Translations under genes and position numbers: made by a program
Shown here: positions 37,110 through 45,951 of the stretch, piece after piece
Position numbering within the stretch: position 1 is the stretch's first letter
Layout of the letters: the number at the start of each line of letters is the position of its first letter
Notes under the pieces: generated by a model
What the model saw: the letters and a program-made list of their open reading frames with translations, nothing else
Databases searched by the model: none
Told to the model about the DNA's origin: nothing
Source of the DNA: a virus
Length of the DNA: 64,000 nucleotides
IMG/VR virus record: IMGVR_UViG_3300045988_138952
Span: 1-64,000 of that record
Strand: one strand, 5' to 3'

Positions 37110-37507
37110 AGCGGATACCTTTTATTCATGTTCATACCCAAGTTGACAATTCTGACAGATGATTTACGGACGTTCTCTCCATACAATGCGTATATGTCAT
37201 TTGCCATTTGCCGAAGGTTACGTTTGTCATAGGCAGAGCTTTGTGTACCACCCTCCTTGTGCTTCCATACACCATTGGCATCCTCTACGCTTCCAGTTAC
37301 GCTCGGTGTACTTGCGCACCACATATAAAGGTCTGCCCGGCACAAGTCTTTCTGGCGTTTTTCCAACGTGCTGACATCCGTCCCCGGTGCAATTCCCCTG
37401 TCAATCAGTATGGTGGAAATAGCACTGTCCGTAACTTCAAAACCGACACAACCACGGAGATATTCCTCTATGGTAGTGCCAGTATTTGTATTTTGAGAAT
37501 CCTTCAT
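37106..37507 (-). CDS. head-tail connector protein (by position)
   Basis: 133 aa, directly after the capsid gene. Confidence 0.45.
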   Translation of the reverse strand: MKDSQNTNTGTTIEEYLRGCVGFEVTDSAISTILIDRGIAPGTDVSTLEKRQKDLCRADLYMWCASTPSVTGSVEDANGVWKHKEGGTQSSAYDKRNLRQMANDIYALYGENVRKSSVRIVNLGMNMNKRYPL

Positions 37508-37509
37508 GG

Positions 37510-38715
37510 TTATTTACCTTTAATGTTCAAGTAGTAGAACCAGCGAACCTTATTAGGAACAACCAATCCGGTCACTTCTGATTTGATTACCTGCGTCATG
37601 GTTTCATCATTGAATACCTGACGTATCAGAGTGCGGCCGCCGTCATACAATGCCGTACGGGCACCCGGTGTTTCCATGAAAATAGGACGTCCACATTGTA
37701 CATCACCCAGGTCTTCATTTGGAACATATGCCAATACTCCCTCTTCAAAGCTTTGCAAATTCTTGTATTGTATAGCTTTGGAAGATTTGTCATATTTCTC
37801 CACTACGGATATTGAATCGACAATTCTGATTTCAGCACCGATACGCGTTTCAATGAAAGTTTTGATTGTTTCATCGGGGACAAGATTAGCAAATGCCAAC
37901 TGCATGCCTTTATCGGAAATATCCGGGCGTGTCGCAACTGTGTACATTTGGCGGAAATACGGAAGGTTAATCAAATCCTCAAAGGTCGTCTTGGAGCATT
38001 CCCAGTGACCAGCAGGGGCAAAATCCTTTTCTTGGGAATCGCGTCTTACCTGCCTCATGACTTTTATCGGGTCTATTGTAGTACCCAAAGCTTCTTTCTG
38101 CACCGCTTCGCTTTCCGGCTTCTTATACCAGATAGAATCCTTGATATTCTTTTTAGGCACACCGAAATCTATAGTCAATGCAATGCCAAGCGGGTTGTTA
38201 GCTGCGTCAATGATTAGCTTACCTTTGTTGGATACAACTTGATTTCGTTGGTATAGGAATGTATTGTAGTTACCACCAAGTAAGCTGTCCACTCCATTAA
38301 ACAGAAGCTCCATTATTGTAGACTCAATTTCCGGAGTGGTACTGCCGATGGCATCCATCAGCATCATTTTTTCTCTTAGGATTTTGCGGCTCAGTACAAT
38401 CTCATGCTTGAAGGTTGGCAATCCACCCATTTGCAGGGACATTCCGTCTGTAGATTTGGTTGCACCATCACTGTCAATATCCACATAGGTAGCCAGCGTG
38501 TATGCACGGACTGTTGCTTCTATCTGCTCATATGTGGGATTCAGAGGAATATTAGGATTTAACGGGAAACCCATTTGGGAGAACGTTTGTTCCGCATTGT
38601 ATTTTTCGGCAAACATGTCATTAATCCATGCTTCCAGCGGTTTATTCCCAGTATATCCCAATGCTGCAAGACCTTTCCCTACAATGTCGTAAAATTCTTT
38701 GTTTCTTGTGTACAT
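37510..38715 (-). CDS. major capsid protein (lambda gpE-like class suspected)
   Basis: 401 aa, preceded by decoration-like and scaffold-like genes. Confidence 0.75.
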   Translation of the reverse strand: MYTRNKEFYDIVGKGLAALGYTGNKPLEAWINDMFAEKYNAEQTFSQMGFPLNPNIPLNPTYEQIEATVRAYTLATYVDIDSDGATKSTDGMSLQMGGLPTFKHEIVLSRKILREKMMLMDAIGSTTPEIESTIMELLFNGVDSLLGGNYNTFLYQRNQVVSNKGKLIIDAANNPLGIALTIDFGVPKKNIKDSIWYKKPESEAVQKEALGTTIDPIKVMRQVRRDSQEKDFAPAGHWECSKTTFEDLINLPYFRQMYTVATRPDISDKGMQLAFANLVPDETIKTFIETRIGAEIRIVDSISVVEKYDKSSKAIQYKNLQSFEEGVLAYVPNEDLGDVQCGRPIFMETPGARTALYDGGRTLIRQVFNDETMTQVIKSEVTGLVVPNKVRWFYYLNIKGK

Positions 38716-38730
38716 ATTATTCTCCTTTCT

Positions 38731-39450
38731 TTATTCGTCAGATTCACGCACAAATTCAATCATAGGCAGCTGTGCTTCTACCGATTTGGGAATGCCACCA
38801 CCGAACACCCTGTCTGCGTAAATTCTGCCTGCGCGTACAACTGCGCATGTTGCAAGGATACAGCCTTCAGGGATACATACGTCTTCAAATACAAGGCCGT
38901 TGACATCGGTTAGCTTTCCGCTGGCGGGAACTCCTTTGACAGTTTCCTCAATATCTCCCGTTACTCCGGTATTTCCTGGAATAAACATGTACGCGTAAAG
39001 TTGCGCAGCGGTTTTTTGTGTGAAAGTCACAGTAGCCCCACTACGTTTTACATCCCATTCTGCAAAAGAAGATTTTGCTCCTTCGATTTTGGTAGCTACC
39101 AGTTCTGGGGTACTTTCTGATGCGCTTGTTACGGCAACCGAATAGCTTTTTCCGCCTAACACAATAGACAAATCCCCGTTTCCGGATGCCTTTTTAGTGA
39201 TAGTAAGCGTCACTACTGCCTTTACATCAGTCACTCCATCTGCTGTAATTACCTCTACCTGTTTGCCTGCTCCATTGAATTTTACCATTGTGCCGGCATG
39301 TATAATATCACCAGGCTTTAATCCCATTCCGGCGACATCAATCATACCACCACCCTGATATAATTCTCTTACTCTTGACCAAACAGGAAAATTTCCGCCA
39401 AATCCCGACTGGGATTGACTGATAGTGTTGAAAGTTCCTAATTGTCTCAT
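38731..39450 (-). CDS. head decoration-like protein with inserted beta domain
   Basis: Position directly before the capsid gene; Gly-rich N-terminus; tentative. Confidence 0.4.
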   Translation of the reverse strand: MRQLGTFNTISQSQSGFGGNFPVWSRVRELYQGGGMIDVAGMGLKPGDIIHAGTMVKFNGAGKQVEVITADGVTDVKAVVTLTITKKASGNGDLSIVLGGKSYSVAVTSASESTPELVATKIEGAKSSFAEWDVKRSGATVTFTQKTAAQLYAYMFIPGNTGVTGDIEETVKGVPASGKLTDVNGLVFEDVCIPEGCILATCAVVRAGRIYADRVFGGGIPKSVEAQLPMIEFVRESDE

Positions 39451-39471
39451 TCTTTGTCTGTTTTAATGTGT

Positions 39472-40134
39472 TTATTGTTTTCGAGGAAGTTTTCCTTGCG
39501 CTCTTAGCCGGTCTTTGAATGCTTCACGGCGGCTTTTTGCCTGTTCTTCTCCGGTTTCTGCATATTGGTTGATACTTGGGGAAGCGCCATTCCCGAAAAT
39601 TGCCTTGTATCTTTTTTCATAATTGCGTTTGGCGCAACTGACAATTTCTTCCACTTCCATATCTTTGGTAATTTTCACGTCAGATATGGCGATATTCAGG
39701 ATTTCATCGTTACAGATATTTTTGCCCCCGTTTTCAATTTGAGATTTCAACAAGTCCATAGACTGGACTTTTAAGTCATTGATTGACGCGGCGTTTTTCT
39801 CCACCTCTCTCTCTTCCTTCAAAAGCAAAATCTCATTTTCCATTTCCTTTAGCTTGTCGGCAAGGACGTTATCTCCTGCTCCTTCTCCTGAGTCAGGAGA
39901 ACTCTGTTGAGGTTTGTAGTTTTTCTTAAAACTCTCAACTTGTGTTGCGACATCGTGATTGTACTGCCCTTGCATTCCTTGAAGAAAAGATGTCGCCTTG
40001 CTATAATAAGCGTCATCAGGCTCCACCCCTTCTGCTACCGGATTCAATTCTATGTACTTCATTAATGTCTGTGACGAAAGACTGGTTTGTCCTAATCTGG
40101 TCGTCAGTTCGGATAAGATTTGTTCTTTCTCCAT
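39472..40134 (-). CDS. scaffolding protein
   Basis: 220 aa, helical and charged, first gene of the capsid block. Confidence 0.55.
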   Translation of the reverse strand: MEKEQILSELTTRLGQTSLSSQTLMKYIELNPVAEGVEPDDAYYSKATSFLQGMQGQYNHDVATQVESFKKNYKPQQSSPDSGEGAGDNVLADKLKEMENEILLLKEEREVEKNAASINDLKVQSMDLLKSQIENGGKNICNDEILNIAISDVKITKDMEVEEIVSCAKRNYEKRYKAIFGNGASPSINQYAETGEEQAKSRREAFKDRLRAQGKLPRKQ

Positions 40135-40157
40135 CGTGTTTATTTAGTTTGTGTTAT

Positions 40158-40203
40158 AAAAAAAAAGAGCCTATCAGTGCTTTGTGCACTAATAAGCTCT
40201 TAG
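40158..40203 (-). terminator. conserved late-leader terminator element, copy 2
   Basis: Minus strand CAAGCCTAAGAGCTTATTAGTGCacaaaGCACTGATAGGCTCTTTTTTTTT, 24 nt upstream of the scaffold ATG. Confidence 0.6.
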
Positions 40204-40222
40204 GCTTGCATATGTAAAATTG

Positions 40223-40399
40223 CTATTCTTCTATTCTGACGCTGATAAAATTACGACATCTTCGGCATACAGTCCTAAACAATACGCTACCGTGTATTAT
40301 TTTTACATCGGTCAACTTTTGCCCGCACACCGGACATGTTACAAAATTCCCTTTTTCGCTGGTCTGTTTTTCATCCAGCTTAGCGTCTATCTTTATCAT
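40223..40399 (-). CDS. Com-like zinc-ribbon protein (58 aa, below track cutoff)
   Basis: CPVCGQKL-x18-CRRCRNF, two CxxC pairs in the layout of the Mu Com family. Confidence 0.55.
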   Translation of the reverse strand: MIKIDAKLDEKQTSEKGNFVTCPVCGQKLTDVKIIHGSVLFRTVCRRCRNFISVRIEE

Positions 40400-40418
40400 A
40401 TCACATGATTTAGTATTG

Positions 40419-40426
40419 CAAATATA
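40419..40426 (-). promoter_or_regulatory. -7 promoter box TATATTTG (minus strand)
   Basis: Plus strand caaatata, 20 nt upstream of the Com-like ATG. Confidence 0.45.
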
Positions 40427-40500
40427 TAGTATATTTTCTAAAATACAATGCTTTATATGTATTTTTATATGAGAAATATTAGAAAATTTATAATAAATCG

Positions 40501-40508
40501 TATATTTG
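40501..40508 (+). promoter_or_regulatory. -7 promoter box TATATTTG for the terminase operon
   Basis: Exact TAnnTTTG in the divergent intergenic region. Confidence 0.5.
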
Positions 40509-40538
40509 CATTATATATAACTCATAGAGCTGTGATTC

Positions 40539-40586
40539 AAGCCGGAGTGTGCGGATTTATACTGCATACGCCGGCTTATTTTTTTT
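40539..40586 (+). terminator. promoter-proximal intrinsic terminator abutting the terminase start codon
   Basis: AAGCCGG..25 nt..CCGGCTT, then A and T8; ATG at 40587. Confidence 0.6.
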
Positions 40587-42200
40587 ATGGAACACGACAA
40601 GATTGTATATACGAAAAAGGGGGAGGGTGTATTCAGTTATGAATACATAGACAGGTTGCGTAATTTGAAAAATGATTTCAATGTTATAGCTCAATCCGGC
40701 GGGCAGGAGAACTCATTAGCTTCCGATGCCGACATTGTTATTATGGGAGGGAATCGTGGCGGTTCAAAAACATTTACTTTATTAATGGAATCCTTGCCAG
40801 ACATTAAAAATCCACGTTTTAATGCCGTTCTTCTGCGTAACGAGAAAGATGACCTTAGAGATATGATTAACACGTCGTATCTTATTTACTCCCAATTTGG
40901 AACTTATAACCGTTCTATATCGGATATGACTTGGAATTTTGGAGAAAACGCTGGAAAACTGTGGTTTTCTTATTTTGCTGATAATTTTGAGGATTTCAAG
41001 AAGCGCTTTCAAGGTAAACAGTTCTGTTATATCGGTATAGACGAAATAACCCATTGTTCTTATGACAAGTTTAAATACCTTATCACTTGCAACCGTAACG
41101 CTTATGGTATTAAAAACCGTTTTTGGGGTACTTGTAATCCGGACCCGGATAGCTGGGTGCGCGTTTTTATAGATTGGTGGATAGGAGAGGATGGGAATCC
41201 TATACCAGAACGCGATGGAAAGAAAAGATATTGTTTTATGGATGGAGATTCTCCCAATAATATATTTTGGGGAGACACGCCAGAAGAGGTATATGAACAA
41301 TGTAAATCCATCATAGACCCTCTTTGGAATGATGCTTACAAAAAATTGGGATTTAATAAGAAAACAATGTTTGTCAAGTCAGTCGTCTTTATACGGGCAC
41401 GTTTGGAGGATAATATCAAATTGATTGAGGCTGACTCAAATTATGCGGCTAATCTTGCCCAGCAGGATGAAGAATCCCGCGCTCGCGACCTCGAAGGAAA
41501 TTGGAATTTTAAAGCGGCTGGAGACGATATTCTTAAAATCGAACACATGGAGCGGTTCTTCAACAACTCCGCCCAATATGGAGATAATAAGCGAAGGGTA
41601 TCATGTGATATTGCATATGAAGGTGGAGATAATCTTGTCTTGTGGCTTTGGATTGGGAACCATATAGAGGACGTATATGTAAGTCGGGATAACTCCAAGC
41701 GGACGGAAGAGTGCGTCGCATATAAGTTGCGTGAATGGGGAGTCCTGGAGAAAGACTTTGTTTTTGACTTGAATGGACCTGGACAGGATTTTAAGGGCAA
41801 ATTCCCAGACGCGGTCAAGTTTAATAATATGGCAGCTCCTATCCCAACGACAAAAGCTGACGAACAATCTATAAAATATATCTATTCTTCCCTGAAATCA
41901 CAATGCGCTGATATTCTCGTTAAGAAGATTAAGAATGATGAAATTTCGATTAACCCCGATTTGTTGTCGCGTAAGTTTTCAGGAAACGGATATTCAGATA
42001 TGACACTTTATAATATCCTGATGAAAGAACGCAAAGCCATCCGGGATGCAGACACAGATAAAGGCTTCTCTTTAATTAAAAAGGAAGTGATGAAAAAGTA
42101 CGTCGGCCATTCTCCCGACTTTATAGAGGCTATGATTTACAGACAGATTTTTGATATAAGAAAACAACACACTAAACCAAAAGGATTATGGAGAATATAA
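40587..42200 (+). CDS. terL: terminase large subunit
   Basis: Walker A-like GGNRGGSKT, Walker B IGIDEITH, C-terminal nuclease-like CDIAYEGGDN. Confidence 0.9.
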   Translation: MEHDKIVYTKKGEGVFSYEYIDRLRNLKNDFNVIAQSGGQENSLASDADIVIMGGNRGGSKTFTLLMESLPDIKNPRFNAVLLRNEKDDLRDMINTSYLIYSQFGTYNRSISDMTWNFGENAGKLWFSYFADNFEDFKKRFQGKQFCYIGIDEITHCSYDKFKYLITCNRNAYGIKNRFWGTCNPDPDSWVRVFIDWWIGEDGNPIPERDGKKRYCFMDGDSPNNIFWGDTPEEVYEQCKSIIDPLWNDAYKKLGFNKKTMFVKSVVFIRARLEDNIKLIEADSNYAANLAQQDEESRARDLEGNWNFKAAGDDILKIEHMERFFNNSAQYGDNKRRVSCDIAYEGGDNLVLWLWIGNHIEDVYVSRDNSKRTEECVAYKLREWGVLEKDFVFDLNGPGQDFKGKFPDAVKFNNMAAPIPTTKADEQSIKYIYSSLKSQCADILVKKIKNDEISINPDLLSRKFSGNGYSDMTLYNILMKERKAIRDADTDKGFSLIKKEVMKKYVGHSPDFIEAMIYRQIFDIRKQHTKPKGLWRI

Positions 42201-43672
42201 GTACACGACAGATTATGGTACGCCGTCCGTTTCGGAGAATATTGCCAAATGGATACAAACAAGCAGTAGGGGTTATATCTGGCAGCTTGTCCGTTAATGA
42301 GCCTTTAGACAATCCAACATATCAGATAATAACTCAAATGGATTTTTTGAGGGAATTTGAGCCGTCCGGACATGCTATAAATGACCCATTGGTATATCCG
42401 GACAGATTAAGACAAGACCCTGAAACAAAAGAGTGGTTTAGAGAGTCCGTTATCAGATGTGCTTTTGCGTTTCAGAGGATTATAACAATCAAACACCTGG
42501 TTCATCTTTGTGGAAACGACATTCAATTTGAGCTGGAAGGGGATACCGAAAATGAAAAAGTAAAGGATACATTTTTTAAGTTTCGAACCGGATGGGCTGT
42601 AAAGGACATGGAGATAGCATGGTATGAAGCGGCAAAATCCGTAAAGATAACGGGGGACACAGCATTTGTAGGTTATCTCCGAAAAGGAATTTTCTATTGG
42701 AAAGTCCTTTCTTTTGAGAAAGGAGATACGTTATATCCCCATTTCGATAATGTTACAGGGGAGCTTACATTGTTTGCCCGTTCCTATTCCGATTTTGACA
42801 ATAATGGAAATACAGTTACAGACTGGCTTGAAGTTTGGGATGAGAAATATCTCCGTCGCTTTAGAAAAGGGAAAGGGGCGTACAACAAAATAAAGCAAGT
42901 GATAAAGAACTTGTTTGGATTAAGCGGATACGAACTCATATCTTCTCAGGAACATGGCTTTACATTTATCCCTGTGGCTTATCACAGAAATGAAGCCGGC
43001 GCTTGTTGGTCTCCTTCACAAGACAGCATAGAGCAATACGAACTTGCTTTCTCGCAATTGTCACAAAACAATACAGCTTACGCCTTCCCGATTATGTATT
43101 TCAAAGGAGAGGGAGATAGTATTAATATAGAGGGAGGGATTGATGGCACTATAAAGTGTATATCAATGGGACCGGATGATGAAGCCGGTTATCTTAACAA
43201 GCAAGATGTTTCCACTGCCTTTACCAAGCAGCTTGATACTTTATACAAGTTAATTTATGAGCAGTCTTTTGCGGTAATTCCACCGGAAGTAAGAAGCGGA
43301 GACCTTCCAGGTGTAGCCATAAAGCTGCTTTATTCTCCTGCTTTTGAAAATGCCATGAAGGATGCCCAAGAATATAACCATCTCATTGACGATATGGTAA
43401 AGATATTCACTTATGGCTATGGGGTGGAAACCGAAAATCTTATTGACTTGCAAAATTTGAATGTATATGCCTGGATAAAGCCGTATATACATCTGAATGA
43501 ATCTGAACTTCTACAAAATCTTGCAGTTGCTGTTCAAAACGGGTTCTTGTCCCGGCAGACCGCAAATGAGCAAATTCAGATGTACAGCAATCCTCGCGAC
43601 TGGGATAGGATTATGAAAGAAAAGAAGGAAGAACAGCAGGCTGACATTCTTTATGAATTGAAATCCCAGTAA
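42188..43672 (+). CDS. portal protein
   Basis: 494 aa, overlaps the terminase stop; canonical position. Confidence 0.8.
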   Translation: MENISTRQIMVRRPFRRILPNGYKQAVGVISGSLSVNEPLDNPTYQIITQMDFLREFEPSGHAINDPLVYPDRLRQDPETKEWFRESVIRCAFAFQRIITIKHLVHLCGNDIQFELEGDTENEKVKDTFFKFRTGWAVKDMEIAWYEAAKSVKITGDTAFVGYLRKGIFYWKVLSFEKGDTLYPHFDNVTGELTLFARSYSDFDNNGNTVTDWLEVWDEKYLRRFRKGKGAYNKIKQVIKNLFGLSGYELISSQEHGFTFIPVAYHRNEAGACWSPSQDSIEQYELAFSQLSQNNTAYAFPIMYFKGEGDSINIEGGIDGTIKCISMGPDDEAGYLNKQDVSTAFTKQLDTLYKLIYEQSFAVIPPEVRSGDLPGVAIKLLYSPAFENAMKDAQEYNHLIDDMVKIFTYGYGVETENLIDLQNLNVYAWIKPYIHLNESELLQNLAVAVQNGFLSRQTANEQIQMYSNPRDWDRIMKEKKEEQQADILYELKSQ

Positions 43673-43725
43673 ATATTCGCCACAGATAATGGAGTTGAAC
43701 ATAATCCGGAAGGAGATGACAAGCA

Positions 43726-44508
43726 ATGAAGCAACCTACAAAAAAACAGATACAGGATGCCAAGGATTTCATAAAATTACGTTTGCAGGCTGAAATATCT
43801 ATGCAAAGTCATTTGGAGGAGCTTCTTGTACAAGCGGCAAAAGAGATTATAGATATATCATTCAAGTATGATATTCAGCCTGCAATGTTCCGGTTCTCTG
43901 CAAATGAGAACTTAAAGCGGGACGTAAGCGAAGTACTCCGTAAGTTGCGTGAGTTAATTTACGATTACACGGAAACTCTTTCTGTATATGACAGAAAGGA
44001 GGAAAGAGATGCCATTGTCGCTTTTATAAACAGGGAAGACCACGGAAAGACATTATCAGAGCGTATTAGCATTTATTGCAACCGATTTCAGTATGAAGTG
44101 GAAGCTACCATTGCAGCCGGTCTGATAGCCGGAATCGGAAAAGATAAAATAAAGGATAGCGTAAGGTCTTATCTTAATTCACCTTATACCAATCCTTATT
44201 TTAAACGGGCGGTCTATAATGGCGGGGCTGCTGCCACACGTATTAAAACAGATGGTGTGAGTTATGGAGTAGGGAAGTCTAATTCCGCTTACAACTCGTT
44301 AAATACCCTTACCCGCTTCGCCGTAGGTTCTGCATGGATGTTGTTTTGGGGGCTTGAACATAAGGATAAAGGATATACGGGCTTTTATTCGTACCGTGGG
44401 AGCAGTTACCCATGCTCTTATTGCGACAGCATGGTTGGCTATCATCCCATATCCGACTATCAGAACCAGTGGCATATAAGATGCTGCTGCTATTTTGTGT
44501 TTGTATAA
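43726..44508 (+). CDS. head morphogenesis protein (SPP1 gp7 / Mu F-like)
   Basis: Position after portal; C-terminal Cys/His cluster PCSYCDSMVGYHP..WHIRCCC. Confidence 0.6.
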   Translation: MKQPTKKQIQDAKDFIKLRLQAEISMQSHLEELLVQAAKEIIDISFKYDIQPAMFRFSANENLKRDVSEVLRKLRELIYDYTETLSVYDRKEERDAIVAFINREDHGKTLSERISIYCNRFQYEVEATIAAGLIAGIGKDKIKDSVRSYLNSPYTNPYFKRAVYNGGAAATRIKTDGVSYGVGKSNSAYNSLNTLTRFAVGSAWMLFWGLEHKDKGYTGFYSYRGSSYPCSYCDSMVGYHPISDYQNQWHIRCCCYFVFV

Positions 44509-44525
44509 TTAAAAATCATAATAAT

Positions 44526-45083
44526 ATGTTGAGAGGGAAGGAAGAAAAAATAACATTCAGTAAAGGATTGGGTTCTGAATGCAGAAAAGCGGGAATCAGT
44601 ATAAAAGAGAAGGCTTTTGCCGACCTTTTAGCGTTAGGATGGAAAGACAAGGACGCCTATCTTATTTCCGGTCTTTACAATCCGGTATATAACCTGGAGA
44701 TAAACAAGAAGAACATGAATACCCTTTTGTCCGACGACAAAGACTTCATGGACTATTTGACCTCTGCAAGCAGAAAGATTAAACGCAGGCAAAAAGAGAG
44801 CGAGAAAGAGGATGATATATCGGTAGATGGTATCAGTGAGGAAGATATTGCTTCCGAGCTATCAAAAGAAAACCAACTTCGTAAACTTATCGCTGCCCGT
44901 AAGAAATATGCCGGGAAAGAGGGATGCAAGGAATGGATAGACCTTACTAAAATGATAGCAGACATTACGCAAATCAAAAAGGACGAAACAAAGGAAGAGG
45001 ACACCACTGTGCATTTCTATCTGCCACTTTCATGCAATAATTGCTCCTTGTATCTTGCCGCTAAAAAGAAAGCCGGGAAGTGA
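44526..45083 (+). CDS. hypothetical charged protein (185 aa)
   Basis: Internal ATG of track ORF 44412-45083; followed by hairpin AAGCCGGG..CCCGGCTT. Confidence 0.45.
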   Translation: MLRGKEEKITFSKGLGSECRKAGISIKEKAFADLLALGWKDKDAYLISGLYNPVYNLEINKKNMNTLLSDDKDFMDYLTSASRKIKRRQKESEKEDDISVDGISEEDIASELSKENQLRKLIAARKKYAGKEGCKEWIDLTKMIADITQIKKDETKEEDTTVHFYLPLSCNNCSLYLAAKKKAGK

Positions 45084-45184
45084 TACCCGGCTTAAGAAGT
45101 GTATTTCTGCTATATCAATTCGTGTAAGTATTTACTGCCGCATTTTGCGATAAAATATGTTCTTCCCGAACTCATTTTCCATAG

Positions 45185-45553
45185 CTAAATTCTTATTCCT
45201 AAAGAAACTGCAAACATTGGGGATTTTTTTTCTGTCTCCGCATCGGCTGTTTCATATTCCTTAATGGAAGCATCTATATGAATTCCGCCATACTGATATG
45301 AGAAGGATAAAAGCATTGATTCTATTTTCCTTTCCAACTCCTCTTTGTCTTTTCTTATCTGATAGCAAAAGTCTCTTTCATTTATCTGCTTACCTTTATC
45401 TAACGGTAGTACTGAAGCTATATCGGAGGGATAGTAATATTTTCCGTTTTCTCCTAAATATCTAACATTGTATCCGTTCTTGTCAAATAACGCATTCTCT
45501 ATCGCTTTCAATTTTCCCCCATTTTTAAGAGTTATTAGTATTGGCTCATTCAT
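45185..45553 (-). CDS. hypothetical protein (122 aa)
   Basis: Track ORF. Confidence 0.5.
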   Translation of the reverse strand: MNEPILITLKNGGKLKAIENALFDKNGYNVRYLGENGKYYYPSDIASVLPLDKGKQINERDFCYQIRKDKEELERKIESMLLSFSYQYGGIHIDASIKEYETADAETEKKSPMFAVSLGIRI

Positions 45554-45923
45554 GATTATCCTCCATTTCCTTCTTCATCTCATACATCTTCCTTTCCTCC
45601 TCAATAATTTTGGTGTCCTCTTCGTCAGAAATAGGCTTGGCGTTTGCACGGTCAAGGGCGTTTCCGACTGCCTTCAACACATCCACCTGCAACTCTGCGT
45701 CAATGCAGTTTGCCACATACTGCGTATTGCGTATTATAAGCATCGGCAGATTGTCTACCTTATCTTCTATTGGGGCATTGTCGAGCAGCATGAACATCAC
45801 ACTTCCTGCCCCATATTCAACAGAGAAGTCCCCGCTTACGGTCGATACCTTGATAAAGGGCAAATCTCCCTTCTTGTACTTGACAAAAGTCATGTTCCCG
45901 ATTTGTGTCTTTCCGAAATCCAT
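45546..45923 (-). CDS. hypothetical protein (125 aa)
   Basis: Track ORF overlapping the downstream gene by 8 nt. Confidence 0.5.
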   Translation of the reverse strand: MDFGKTQIGNMTFVKYKKGDLPFIKVSTVSGDFSVEYGAGSVMFMLLDNAPIEDKVDNLPMLIIRNTQYVANCIDAELQVDVLKAVGNALDRANAKPISDEEDTKIIEEERKMYEMKKEMEDNHE

Positions 45924-45951
45924 AGTTTTGATATTTAATTAAGTAAATCTG

